DNA of 62,078 nucleotides, counting the filler, from Catajapyx aquilonaris (taxonomy: Eukaryota): the NCBI GenBank assembly GCA_000934665.2. It is 2 parts of 2 records of this genome, joined end to end, with 100 filler letters (N's around TTAATTAATTAA, not from the genome) between each part and the next. Parts side by side here need not be neighbours in the genome. Positions count along the whole stretch, not along the records: positions 1 to 31,000 come from JYFJ02004599.1; 1 more part is not named here. One strand, 5' to 3'. The notes under the pieces were generated by a model. That model did not search any database. It worked only from the letters and a program-made list of their open reading frames with translations, and was not told the origin of the DNA. Numbering within the stretch: the first letter of the stretch is position 1; every line of letters starts with the position of its first letter. A program made the translations under genes and the position numbers. Positions 1 through 14,383 of the stretch are shown here, piece by piece.

Positions 1-3000
1 CGCCGCAGTAGCGCTTTCCCATGTTAAACTCGCATAGACGGTGGCGACACTGCGGAATTTTTCCATGAGGCTCCGTAATAAGCCGTGGGCTACTACTGCA
101 AACACTGTACATACTCGTAGTTTGTCGCATAATAGCAATGCATAGAGACTAGAGTAAAGCTCTATCATAAATTTTGGAAGCCTAACCACCGATGTGGCCC
201 CCCCTAATCTTTCGGTATTATCGGACTATTCGCTCACTGACGAGCAAGTAACATCTGCAAAACCCGACCAAGGACAAGCTCGTTTGGATTTAGCACTACA
301 AAGCCATAGCATTGTCATTTTCAATTTCATGCTAATATTAGGTCACATTATTGCTAAAAATATCTGACATTTGCATCACATAATATCAGGAAATATTACG
401 TGGGGGCATAATCACGCCATAATCTCGTTAAGCCCTCTCTGGCTCTATATAGTACTCTGAAAATAAGCATTCAGCCTCAAAAAAAAAAAATATTCGTAAT
501 AAACACTGGAGTCGACCATTCCGTCCATCCAAAAAAAAACGCGGCGCAACAAAGCAGGCCACAAATTCGGAAGGGTCATAACACACGTCAAGTCCTTACT
601 ACACCCAAAGGGCCTTTTATTGCACAACAATAAAAAAAGGGTCACGCACACTTCATGCCCCCCCCCCCTCTCCTGCAACCCAAGACGACCCAAGTTTTCT
701 CATTAAGTCCACAATGGAAAAGTTGTTAAGGCACGTTACACTGGGAATCCCCCATTTTCGGAAGCGAAGCTGCAAGCTCTATAAATGCCGAAAAACATGA
801 AAAACAACCTGGATTGAATTCTATACTTGTCGAAAATAACTTTCATCATTATATAGATTGTTATATTTAGAATCATGACTAAAAATGTAATGAGTCCGTA
901 TATTTGACATGATGCAACAAGCGATCAATAAAGTGCTGATGTAATGTGGACGTCCCAAAATTCTCTCTGGCTGGCTGGCTGGTTTATTTTTTGTGCGATA
1001 GTTACACAGCGTTTAATAATTTGCGATTGTTGAGCGGGGGAAAAGAGACGAATATTTCAGCCTGTAGCTATTTTTACAGTTTGCCACTAATTAGCTAAAA
1101 AAATGATTCAATATTCAATGAGCCAAACCACAATTCGCAGGAAGGCCGACCTTGCATTCCTAACAATCAAAAATGTACCGAGGCAGGATAATATCTCTTT
1201 GAATTATCATTATTTCCGCGAAATTGCTCACATATGAACATGCTGTAATTAATTTCTAAAATGTGCAGCGTATTCACAATTAATGAAGTAGACAAAAATG
1301 AAGCTCTGTAGTATACAGCAGGCTCATCGTTGCAGAACAGTACTTAAAATGGTCAGAAACTGCGTCAACGGACTGCAGTTTGCGGATCTGGTTACTGTAC
1401 TTTGCAAAATTAATTCATTACGCGTTTTAAAAAAAGAAAGAAAAAAACACAAGGTGAGAAACAGGATGTCAGATTATTACTGGGCGTATTAATATTCATC
1501 AACTATACGCATCAAACATTCACTATTACAGCTTGCAAATGAATACAGTGCGCTGTATGAAAATGAGCCCCTTTCGGGCACTTGGCCATTTCGATTTTTA
1601 CGAATTTTAATTTTTAAAAACCCTCAAACCAACTACATTATGAAGCACCCTGTAGAGTGGAATATGACGACGATAAAATTCCGATATGAGTTCAAGCACC
1701 GCCTTTCTCCCCACGACGAGTTAGATTAAAAGCTGAAGTGCTTATTTCTCTGAACAGTCTGATGGCATGTCTAACCCTGGATGTGCTTCTTTAAGGGAAT
1801 AAACAGCCAATCCCATACACTTCAATAAAGAGCACTAAAAACTTGTTACCTGATGCTCCAGTACCTCACAAGTATATATACTCGAGTCAACAAATTACTA
1901 CCCCGCGCAACAAGTTTGCGCTTGTTATTCCTGAAACTCGAACCAGTACCTATTGAATAAATATGATCCGCAAGATTTCACTAGCTCAGCAATTTACTGA
2001 ATGTAAGTAAACACATATTATTAGGTACTAACGTTTTTCATACAAACATAGGCCAGGAGAATGTTCCCGGATTTTCCAAGCCAGCCATTTAATTAACTCT
2101 ATGCAGCTTACTGTACATATATAGTCGACCCTCATACAGAGCAGCTCCTCCAGGTATACACATACATAATGTAATGCAGTCTCAATTTAGGAGGCAGATT
2201 TCCAGGAAAATACGACAAGCAAAGCAAAGCACTATACTTTCATCTAATTGAAAATGATCACAGGGAGTAATAAATGTTAGGCAACTGCGCCTTGGTACAT
2301 ACTGCATCAATGTCCATAGGCTTTAAATATCTGTCACAGTGAGCGACTTAAGCCAACTTCACACAAAGTTTGGATGCTCAAGATCTGCGATTCAAATGCT
2401 GGAGGCTTTGCAAAGGATTATATCAATCTGAAATTTTGACATACGCAAACATCCAATCCATTTAGCACCATTGACATCCTTGATCCACAATAACTATAGG
2501 CAACATTTTGCATCTTTAAGCGGAAAATAATTTTTCACGGTTTATTTCCACTTAGAGTGCCATTTCGCCTTCAACTTCTGCAGTTCACACCTTTATTTTA
2601 TACGCTTAAAAATTCGCCTGTCCCAGTTATACTTTTTTCGGACATTACGTGGAAAATTCATGCTATATTATGATCATTTATATGAAAAATCGCAATGGAG
2701 TCGGTACAACTTCAAAAGGCTTGTTTATCAGGCAAGCAACATTGCCCAAATAATATTCCTGCCTTACACATCCAGGAAAATTCTCGCAGAATTTACAGTG
2801 AATCCCCCAAGTGCCTTCAGACTCTCCAAGTAGGTGGATCGTCGTGTTTCGACGTCATCCTGGCGTCGAAGAGAGCCAATGTAAATGTCAAGCTCAAACG
2901 CCAAACTCAAAGAGAAACTTTTCTCTCAAGAAAATGCAGGGTGAGTCAGAACTCCAGTATATAAGACTGGGCCTAAACAAGTCTAAGATGTGGAGAAATG

Positions 3001-5666
3001 CCCTGAAAAATCTGATTAGATGCAGCAGGGTTTCCGCACGTGTCTAAGGGGCACACAAATGTTCAAAATGTCGTGTAGTTCGTCACCGGTTGGTCTTTTT
3101 TTTATTACATTTTTAGCCTCTACCTTTTAGACTTGTTTTGGTCCAAAGAGTAATAATGGCGGTGGAGGAAAAGTAGATGGTCTCAGCTGCCCTCTTTTCT
3201 GAATGGCGGCGTCGGTAGTTTTGGGCCTAAATCAATTCCGGCGTCGGAACCTGCGCCTTTGGTATCAATGGTCTGAAACCCGCGCGTCGTGTCAATTGGA
3301 TTTGCCACCCAAGAAGTTCCGATCCAATTATCCCACACCTCTCAAACTTCTTTTTGTTGATAACAATTTACAGGGCCCCGGATCCTTAGATTGAAATGGC
3401 CTCGCCCACACACACTCTCAAGCAATCAAATCAGTCAATAGATTCCAGCTATCTGAATCGCCAAATTTGTATAGAACGTCATTGTTTCGACTCAAAAAAA
3501 AGGCAGAGCAATGAAATTAAATTTTGCAATGCCTTTGTTTGCTATTTCACTGAATGCTTTGTGAATACGAAATGGGCTCTTCACAATTTCCAAGGGCTGC
3601 AATGTTGCCTGCACATTATTTATGCAATATGCGGATAACAATGCAGCAAAACTTTACATATATACTAAAATTTAACGGGGGTTAAATAATAGTGTACCAT
3701 TAGCTGGCTCTTCCTCTTCTTTCTTTTTGACCTTTCGGCCTTCTTGAGACGCAGGTATGAGGGAGCATAATCCGCAGCACTTGCTTCTGAAGGGCATGCT
3801 TCCCCAGCACTGGACTGATGGATCTGGCCTCAGTGAATTGGCACCACCTTTTGGTGACAACAAATCCAACGTTCATTCCGTTAAAAATCCAGCATTGTTA
3901 CAGCCCAAACTCGCAAAAATTATAGTAAATGCCAAAAAAGTGAAAACCATTCAAATTGAATATAAAATCACTCGTATCGTTATCAAAAGTGCGATTTTAG
4001 GGATTCGTTTAAGCGCTCGTTATCGATGAATGAAGTAGCTGTACAGGCTATACATGCGAGTAATTTTTCAATCAAATTTCTCCTTGAATTTTTTCGATAT
4101 GACTCGAAAAACCGATATTATTTTATTGACATTCTGTGATTGCACGAGCCGATGGAGATATGACTATAGAGAAATTAACATTAATTGAAATTAACATTAA
4201 TTTTGTGGCGACAAACTCTTCAGAAACAGGCGGTCTACGCAGTGATGTACAGTGCAGTTTATGATTAGTAACAGAACATTTTGCGGTTTATTATTTTATT
4301 GTATTTTTGTACCAGGTTATGACCCTAAAAGGGTCTTTAGGGGGAACTCAAGCCCCTGCATAACAGCTTAAAAAAATGCAATTAGACTCTTCAATTGAAC
4401 CTATAGAGGCATGAGTACAAAATGCGCAAACCTCTTCATATTCTTCGATTTGTTTACATGCGGTCTGACGTCACCCGAAGTGTCTTAGGTGACGTCAATT
4501 CGAACTTTTTTGTGGGGTGATCATACACATTTGGTACACTTTTAAAAAACCAAGTAACTATCTCCTAACAAAATTCGCCCAAATTTATCCAAAATCTATA
4601 CATTTGAGAGAGCCTTTCATCCGCTTTCATCGCACTGGTGAGAACGTACCTTTCAAGCACAAATTTCCGCCTTGTCAACAAACAAAATTAGGATCCCCAC
4701 AACACGTCTACAATGAGCTTTACAGTGTGCTGCGGGGGATGGAAAGCAGCTAATTTTCATATTGCAAACGGTTTTGAAGTAGGTCACATTTTGGGTCGAT
4801 TATTCCAGAGCTCGTAGAGCTTCAGAGTTGACAAGACGCAGGGCTGCAAATTCCCAGGTGCGCTCACGTTGCACGTCCACGAAAAAAAAAAACGTTAAGA
4901 AAACGAGCCTTCTCGTCATCTCAAAGGGTAGTGGTGGAGAAGGAGTCCCTGGTAAATCAATAGAACCCACCATGCAAGTAACACATACATGCAATATATC
5001 CCCCACCTTTAAAAATTTTTGTATGAAGAAACAAATCGGATTTTTTTTTACAACGGTTGAGACTCACGTGTCTTATTTTAAGCGTGTCCTGATCGAATAT
5101 AGTGTGTATAAAAATGCGGCGTTATAACCCGGAGAATCCGGAGCTCCGACCAACAGCCTCCGGTCCGCTCGGATCCATCTCTCGCATTGTGCACCCTTTT
5201 GCATGGCGGAGATGCGCGCGACGCTTCTCACTTTCCGATCGAGCTCGCTATTGTGTCGCCTATAAAAAATTTAAACAAAATAGACGGATATAAAACACTT
5301 CTATAGAGCCAACTCCATATAAACACCGGTTGAATGTCACAGAAAAAAAAAACGTGCTCGTATACGTACAAAGCTAAAGTCAAATGATCTCACATAATTA
5401 ATCACAAAGTTTGTCTGTATGTCCGGGCTACCTAACCCACTTTCGGACTACTCTAATGGCTTACGGGCCGCTGATTGAGGAAAAAGTCCATAAATCAAAC
5501 GTATTTGACAGTGAGTCCTAATAGCCTAAATTTAGGGTTTGAACTACAACTGTGTACAGTTAAAAATTTTACACATATAAGCAAAAATTTCAGCTTAAAT
5601 TATTCGGAAGGAATCTTCCAAAAGATGCGTTTTTCGACTGAAAAATTTCCGCCAACATATTTTGAA

Positions 5667-5729
5667 GGGTGTCGGGAGAAAAACATGTTAACCGCCAATG
5701 GCGGTTAACATGTTTTTCTCCCGACACCC
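5667..5729. repeat. Perfect palindrome, 31-bp arms with 1-nt spacer
   Basis: GGGTGTCGGGAGAAAAACATGTTAACCGCCA-A-TGGCGGTTAACATGTTTTTCTCCCGACACCC read directly. Confidence 0.95.
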
Positions 5730-7690
5730 GAGATGATTTTTCTTCCGAGCCATTTAATTTAATTTCCACATAAATGATCAAGCGCATGAACTTTTCCACG
5801 TAACTCCTAAAATAATTAAGTGGAAAATCGGATTTGAAACAGATGCAATTTTTTTCCAAATATTTCCCACTTTACTTGGTCGATTTAACAAGTCAGTGAC
5901 CTTTTTTTTTATGAGCTGCCTGTGGGAAATTGGGAATTTTGCACCTGAAAGTCGCAGCTTCCCTGATGACAATGAGTGCGTGCAGCCATCCTGTCAACTG
6001 CCATCACTTGTAGCCAACCGCAGCCAAACGGATGTAATCATGGAGGCTAGTCCGGAGCAAGGATATCGATCTCTTTATCCGGTACCTTCCCCACCTCAAA
6101 AACCCCTATCCTTCCAACCGGATAACACAACCTCGGTGCTAGTTCAAATTAGACCTTTTCGGTCTGGGTGCAAACGACAAACGCACACTGACCTAAATCC
6201 AGCAAAGATTGCTCCAGCAACATGTTTTAAAGAGAAGGAACCAGACACCAATGGTGCCCACAATATATTCCAGAATATTTTTTTTAAACACCCTGTGGTT
6301 TGTGTGGCTTCTCTGTGAACTGGTTGCTGGGATTTTGTGTCTGATGGAATATTGTTTACCTGTGGCTGAGCCTGGTTGAAGGGACATGATGTTTTTACTG
6401 GCCGAACCCACTCCCTGTAATTGCAAGCGAAATGTTAGAGACTGCATAAATACTCGAGGTCAAAAGTAGGACAATAATCGCGTTATACAAAATACATTAC
6501 AGTGGGGACATGCACTTAATTGCATCGCTTGGAGTTTACTGCACCTGTTAGCCCAACACGGCTGTGCGGTGCAGGGATGATCGTAATTACATGTTGGAGG
6601 GAGGATTTACCTGTAATTCATGCCAAATTTATTAAACCAGTCCATTTGCAGCATGATGGGTTCCTCTAATCTCTATACAAAATTCATAATAAGTGCTCTA
6701 ACTACAGTGCTTTCTGGCAGATGAAAAGTACTTCAGTAATAATGAAACAGCTCTTTCATTATTTGCTTCATAAATCTGCATTCTTAATTACTGAGCACTT
6801 CCTGAATCATTTTCAAAAGGTATGAGGCATGTAATCAGTTTGGAATGTACAACTCATGCTTCATTTCATTTCATAAAGTAAACACGAGTTTATTGTAATT
6901 TGAGTAGGCAAATTTTGATGTCAAGAATTATAATTAACGTACAGTGCAATGCAATTTTAATATTTGGGATGTGAAGGTCTGATAAGTTGCACAGTGAATA
7001 TGCAGCATTGCATTTTAATTTAACTTTTAGTAGGCCTCTGTTGTTGGTCCTTTACAAACTTTGTCATAAACACATTGCGCAGGTCTACTAAATTGGCAAA
7101 ACTTTCAGGTTTCACGACCTTTTCTTCTTTACTGCAAACAAGACCAGTCATTTTAAAAATACAGCATCGCGCATTTTAGCATGGTGAAGGTTATTGACAA
7201 TTCATTTTCTTGTGTTTTTCTTTCCAACCTACCTCGAGGAAACATTGCTCGGAAAAAAAATACCATGAGGCTACACCTCATAGGAAAGAATTACACACAA
7301 TTTTCCATGCCCTCGTAAACATATGAAATATAGTAATGCTATAAATACAAAGTTGCACCTACATTAGAGAATTGCTCAAAATTTTTGCTTTTACTGTGCT
7401 TTTATATCCAGCTGTTAGAGCTGTTATATTTTTGCACATTACTGCAACATAATACATTTTAAAAATACGTCTGACATAACAAATGTAATGCCATGCACGT
7501 GTAGATAAAGAATCACAGAGGAAGCACTCTTGATATATGCTATTGACTACGAGTCATCACTGCTTACAAGCAAAAACAATCAATGGTAATAGGAAAGTCC
7601 ATTTTAATGACCAGCAGGGTTAAAGATGCAACCAATGAGAGTCCTTTGTAAGGCACAGTAGAACCCCGATTATATCTGTCACCCACAGGA

Positions 7691-7747
7691 TAAAGTTTTC
7701 TTTGCTCCTCGGATTATATTATAATCCGAGGAGCAGAGAAAACTTTA
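7691..7747. repeat. Near-perfect palindrome, 28-bp arms, 1 mismatch, 1-nt spacer
   Basis: TAAAGTTTTCTTTGCTCCTCGGATTATA-T-TATAATCCGAGGAGCAGAGAAAACTTTA; a CAGTAGAACCCCGATTAT Tc1/pogo-like end lies about 35 bp upstream. Confidence 0.9.
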
Positions 7748-10700
7748 ATGAAGCACAACAAAAACCACATCAAAAACATGAAATAATGAACAATATTATG
7801 GTTCTCTAAAAATAGTAATGTATTAATCTTTTTGCATACACACTTTACTGTACTGTATTTACCATTTTACTAAGGCAATACGAAACAAATGCATAGAACC
7901 TTACAATACATATTTGATGAGGAGTGGGTATAATCCGCTGTTTGATAATGCTTCTACTGTACGTCTGTCCGGAGCAGTAATCGTCGGTATATTTTTCAAC
8001 ATCTTTATGGCACATTCGCATACCTGTGACATTTAAACTACCAAGTGCATTTCTGTTATGGCAACGGCTTGTGTATAGAGTCTCCAAGTCGCTCCACTTG
8101 CAGCGAAACCTATGAAATTACCAGCAAAAAAAATGCTCGGTCCTGAAAAGGTTTCCGTGGGATAGAATTTTAATAAAAATCTCATTCCAGGACCAAATGA
8201 AAGTTCTGCAGAGATCAGGTTTCCAATCTATCCAAGGTCTGTTACGCACAGGGTGTTCAAGCAGCTCAGAGATGAATCGTCAATCCAGAATAGTTACAGA
8301 TTTGTGAATGATTCGTACGAGACTGTGAAAACAGATCCTCATGAGCATCTCAAGACTGTCGCAATGGATGAATACAAGAATCCTTTCGCAGCAGTACTCC
8401 TCCGCAGCAACTTTAAAATTGCAGTACAGTACTAAAGTCAATAAATCAATGAATATGAAATGATGGGAGTGCAATAACAGTCCGACATGGACCTTCATAC
8501 TCTAACTAAATTACGGTTACGGCTACTTACTAAATTGTTTCATACCGACTGCGCTTGTCACACTGTTTATACTTATGTAACATGCAATACCAGTACGGCG
8601 TGCCACTTGTTCAAATCCAATACATTATCACGAGAGGCACATGCGTTGGGGGTCATACTAGATGCAATGCGGTAACCACATCATGAATGCAACAATATCT
8701 CATTACAAACTTACAGCACTCATTACATGCTGGGTGCACCATTGCATAATTGATGTAAACTGCATCAAAATGCCTTTGTAGTCGTGGATTATTTTTTAAA
8801 TTGTAAACCTCTGAACCTCTCATTTATTTTAAGGGTCTTACCTTGAGATGATTTTCGCACGTTTTCTGCCAAAAATAAATCCGCGAAAAGCGCCCACCAC
8901 ACTAAATCCAAAGCCAGCTGACCAGCAGCTGACCTTTTTTTTCTTTTCAATTTCAAACGATGGAAATAGCAGGAGTCGATACCACCTGGCAACTCGTGTT
9001 ACGTAACTGTACTTTAAATATGTAAAAATTAAGTGCCACATTACTTAAGAACAATTAGCAAATATTTAATTAACGGGGTATTGCAAGGTCATGAGTTAAA
9101 ATGAGCGAGTTTATTGGTTGTGAGCAAGGCGCGCGATTCAAACTGTGAGCAAACTGTTTTACATAATTTACGACTTATTAAATTAATAAAATTGTGTAAT
9201 AATATGAATTAATCAAGTAATAAATATAAAGTAATGAAATTTAATGTGTAATCAAATGTGTACTTAGAAATTATTCTAGGTAGACCTACGACATCACTTT
9301 TTCAGCAAGCAGTTTTCAACTATACACAACTTTAGCCGACATATCTGACTTATATGCTTTGTCATCATGTTCTTGGATAGCATTTTTATCAGATTATTGC
9401 TTACAGTAATTTCGAATACATATCTTGTAGGTCCCTATTTAAAAAAAAAAGCCTGCCGTACTTCAACCATTGTTGAGGCAAGTTCCAAGGCCACGTAACG
9501 GAAATAGCGCTTGACATTTTAAAAATACTCATATAGCTCCAGGCGAAGTTGACAGCTTTGAATATTATATCGTCTTATCGGCAACATACTAAATAATTGA
9601 ATTTCACTATCATGCTAATCTCTATTGTGGCCTAATTATGGGCATGTATTGTGTGGTATGGCACCACAAGATGACTGATAGAGCAAAGATGCAGTACTGT
9701 CCGGAAAAGGTCGAAAAATCATGAGAAGTCTATACTACAATCAAATAACACGAGAGATATAAGAAGGGCAGGTCATGGTCGTTGTACTATACGGTATATC
9801 AATATTTTGACCTACTTATTGTGTCTAAAGTGGATCACTAAAACAGTACTTCTTAGTGCAGGTAGTCATACGAGACTTACTAATCATTCAATGCATCAAT
9901 GGTATAGGCTCTACATGCAGCCAGCTAATTACCATGCACTACTCGCCCATTGTCGTCATTATTCAAGACACGATCAGTGCAGGCAACTTGCTGGCAACTC
10001 CATCATTCGCATCATTAGGCATAGATTATTTTTTTTAAATGACACATAACATTTATTATTTAACAAAAGATATCACATTGTTCATTTTCTAATAAATTCA
10101 ATTCAATAGTAATTCAATTATTGGGCCTTTATAATAAGTAAGATCGCATTGTCCCCTTATATATGTCAATCAACTGCATGTTTTGTTATGCTAGAAACCA
10201 GCTTTAAGGCTAGTTATTTTCATGCCCATTAATTCTCAGAGCGTTAACTCTACGAGTACATTTTATCACAGTAAATAAAATGTATTGATCTTTAAAAGTG
10301 AGACAATTTTCACCATTTCCAACTCACAGCGCCATCTCTTATCCCATGGTTACATTCTGATCCCTCCAAATGTTTATCAATGGTCATGCATATGAGTTAT
10401 GAGGATCCATATAATTATATGTAAAAAGGCAGCTAATTTTATTTTTTTTGACAGACATGTAGCATGTGTACATTGCTCGTCCTTGACGGATCTTGCTTTC
10501 TGAATAAATCAGTGGTGTTGCGCTGAATTGATGCCCATGGGTAGTAATCGATGTTTGTGCGAGGGGGGGAGGTTCAAGTGAACTATTATACAGTACATAT
10601 ACACTCGCAATTTTGTCCGGCATTACCTGCTGGGTCTTCGCTTCGGACACATTGCAAAATATTCTCTCGGCTGGCTTACGAACGGGTAACATTTCGCCAG

Positions 10701-11160
10701 CAATTAATATCCGGATAGCTAATACTGCATTGCTTTTGTTGTTTTGTGGAGCAACTTTTCATTCGCACCATTATTGTAAGTATAGCCTACATATCGTACA
10801 TGCAGCACGTTCACTTTCAACTGTAGTCATTAAAAAACTGCAGTGCGCAAAAATTCGGATTTTGCTAATCAATTGCACAATTTTCTATAGCTTTGTCTGC
10901 ACATGAAGCCTGCTGGTTGCTAAGTTTTGAACAGCCGACCAAACAGATTGAAGTGAAAGATTAGCAAATTACCGCGCATTGCTTATTATTTCCTGGACTC
11001 CACATGCCGTGCAGACCAGCAATACTATTTATATTCATTGCCCCCAAAAATCGCTCAAAGCCACGCACCAATATAAATACAGGAAAATATCCTAGCGACA
11101 ATAATAGTTTAAAAAAAATAGTGATCACCATAACAAACGACGAAGCCCATTACAACACCC

Positions 11161-11226
<66 letters not shown>
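11161..11226. repeat. (AAT)n microsatellite, about 22 units
   Basis: Direct reading; explains the poly-Asn spurious ORF 11004..11357. Confidence 0.97.
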
Positions 11227-11229
<3 letters not shown>

Positions 11230-11625
11230 GTTCCAGGATTACCCGGATTACCCTAAGGGATTACCGCCCAAGCTGGAAGCTTGCCATACCGTCCGCCAGA
11301 TGTCACCCGCATCCTATCTGGTGTGGTGGCCGATGTGCTGGTGATGGTATCGCCTGAATGAGTGACTCTTTCCTCTCTCTGCCTTGCCCTGCCTCTGATC
11401 TCCCTCTACTATATCATACTACAAGCCCACCAGGCCACCACCACCACCAGACAGCCACACAAACAAGAAAAAATAATGGGGTCATTAGTGACTGGAACTA
11501 GGTCGCAGGCTGGGTAGCACATCACTAGTGAGGAGCAACGGCTGGCAAGTGTGTCGCCAGAGTATATTATGGTAGCAGCAAGCATGGTGCACCGTTGAGC
11601 CAGCCGTTGAGAGACAGACTAAGCC

Positions 11626-12264
11626 ATGGCGACCACCGGGCTGATGCCCACGTACCAGCGGTTCGTTAACGGTGTGCCGGTACCAGGGGCTTCAGCCAGG
11701 CGGTCCTTGCGCACCAAGGAAAAGTACTTGCTTGCGCTTGTGTTTCTCACCTTCACCTTCGTTTGCTTCGGGGCCATCTTCTTCCTACCCGAGTTCAAGA
11801 GCGTCGGAGGGGACAATAATATGCTGCGGGTCTACCAGAGCATGCAGAAGGCAGGGCCGGAGTTTCTGTTGCCCATACCGCCCCATGGGTCTGAGGAGGA
11901 GGCGGCACCAGGCGGGGTGAAGCCGGTGCACCACAATGCCATTGAGGGTATTGAGGATCCGCATAGGGCGGAGGACAGGGCTCGTCTTTGGGCCAAGATT
12001 GAGGAGGAGGAGAGGGTGGCCAAGGTGCTGGAGAAGCCTGTGGTGCTGCCGGGAAGCTCGTCGTCCACTGCGGGACAACAGGTGGACGGGCAGGTGCAGA
12101 GGAGGCAGGATATAAGCACGGCCAGGGCGGAGGAGGAAGAAGAGAGCATCAGGCCGGTGGTGGTGGCGCCAGAGGGTCCAGACGAAGGGAAGAAGCTGCC
12201 GGTGATATTCGGAGGAGAGGATCAGGATGCCCAGGCTATTCAGAGAAGGAATGTCGTCAGGCAG
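11626..12264 (+). CDS. alpha-Man-Ia: First coding exon of Golgi mannosyl-oligosaccharide alpha-1,2-mannosidase IA (GH47, MAN1A-like): cytoplasmic tail, signal-anchor TM and stem; catalytic exons not found in window
   Basis: GCCATGG start; LMPTYQRFVNGVP...LRTKEKYLLALVFLTFTFVCFGAIFFLPE is the typical insect MAN1A N-terminus; ends D..A.QRRNVVRQ at phase-0 donor CAG|GTAGGT, just before where the MxHAW..Y catalytic-domain start is expected. Confidence 0.9.
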
Positions 12265-14348
12265 GTAGGTTAACGACAACAAAATAAGTGTACAGTACAC
12301 ACAAAATATAACGCACGAACGATCACAAACCTGATCATACAGCTGCCGAGTACAACACGGTTTTGAACTGAACGACATCATAAACCGATGAAATATTCAA
12401 GTGCAATTCATTAAAATATATAAATTCATATAGGAACTTCTTGCGCATCCTACTACTGGCGATTGTTCCCGCAAATTAAATTGCTGAAATTGGTAGTTTT
12501 AATTGTAGGGATGAGTTCAGCCACGAGGGAGCCGGTCTGTTCAGTATTCATGACGAACTGTTTATTTTTAAGTGTCGAATTGAGGGAGCAGCTGCAAGTC
12601 GTACGTTACTTGTTACTGGATGTCAAATTGATATTTGTGCTGTATGTGCAGTGTGCCGCTGTCCCATAATTTTGCGTGTAATGGAAATTATGAGGTTTTG
12701 CCAGATCCTATGTACAGACTCGTCATAAGCAAACAGATTGTCATGTAATTCTCACTGTGATTACATTGCATCTCCACGTGTCTCTGCATTGGTTACGATA
12801 ACATGCTTTATGAGCTCACATGTGCATGAAGATCTGCAGATGGTGACTGTTATTTTGTTTTCTACGTACTGGTCATGCTGCATAGGCACATGTTTCCTGA
12901 CTCATGTCCACCTCACAAACTCATGAAAGTTAGTGTAGTCTTGCATTGTGTTAACATGCCTGCGGAGGATAAAGAACCTGTCAATATACCGATCCTAAAC
13001 CAGGATGCATGTCATTTTTTAGTAGGGTGGTTTGCATTTTCCACGTTTCATATTTTATTTTGATGTGACAGAGAATGGGAAATTTTTCATGCCCATTTGG
13101 ATTCACCAGGACAAGAACTGCTTTGTTGGCAATGGTCTTATTGTCGGTGCTTCCATATACAATAATGTCACCAACCCCTGCTAATGCTTAATTACGCTGC
13201 CATCCTATTAAATTATATGGGCAGCTTTATTGAATTCACTTATTTATCGTTATGGAATTTATAGTGTAATGTTAGCTGTGATGTATTTAAAATGATCAGC
13301 ATGTTCATGTGGTACATTATAATATTAACAAAGACTTGTCATGAATTCATTAACAATAGGCGAGTTAAAAGCATAATATTTACTGATAACTACTATTAAA
13401 CGTTAAAAATAGACTATACTGTAGTCTTTCAATTATCAGAAGTGTTTCTAAGTGAATTGCAGGCAGGTACTGTATGCAATGGCAGACTTACACGTGTCCC
13501 AATGAAACACAATGATCTCCAATGTGGCAGAAATGTGGCTTTCTTTCTACTCATATGATATTATTAATGTGTGATTCAATACTCACACAATAACATTATC
13601 ATCTAACGCACCTGCCAGGCACATGCCAACTATATGCGCAGCCAACGTCTGTTTTTATCGTAATTCAAGCATGAAAATAGCACCTCATAATGCGACACGT
13701 CCACTACATTCATTGCTCTCATATCAATTTTGCTCTCTACAGTATTACTGCGAAAGCCACATGATTGATTGCATGAAAATAATTGCTGTTTTTCAGTCGA
13801 CATTTAGTGTAACGCACAAATGCTGGATGAGTTTTTCAGCCACTATCGAATAGTGGATGTGGCAGCCTGATAGTGGCCATGTAGCTTCCACGTAACCAGA
13901 CGATAATGACCTCATGCAAGGCCTCTCATGACTGCAGCACAGAATAGTCACCCAGTAATTATGGAAGGAATAAAAATAAAACCAGTCACTCATTTGCATA
14001 ACTGGTGTGTGTATATTTATTGGTAATTCCTATATACTAGTACAATACACTCTTACATTGTAATATTATTGCTCCTGGTGAAACAGGCTCTTAGTAACAA
14101 TATTGTTGTAGTGAGAGCCATTTCCAGTGAGACCTAATGGAAAAAAAAAGCTTTACACTTCGGTGTGAAACATGCCACCCGACACGAGTCATCCATTACC
14201 CGAAATGAATCCGCGTATTACCCGCACATCTCACGTCTGCAACTAGGGCATAAACCCTAGCAAATGGCATCATTACATTTTTCTTAGGATCATGCACGTG
14301 GAAGTCTTGCCGCCTTCTCCTACACTGGATAACAAGGGCTCGAGAGGT

Positions 14349-14351
<3 letters not shown>

Positions 14352-14378
<27 letters not shown>
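14352..14378. repeat. (AG)n microsatellite
   Basis: Direct reading. Confidence 0.9.

Positions 14379-14383
<5 letters not shown>

Noticed and set aside
11004..11357. Poly-Asn ORF
   Set aside because: Translation of an (AAT)n microsatellite.
11672..12381. Long alternative-frame and antisense ORFs over the mannosidase exon
   Set aside because: Shadow ORFs of a GC-rich coding exon; no independent features.
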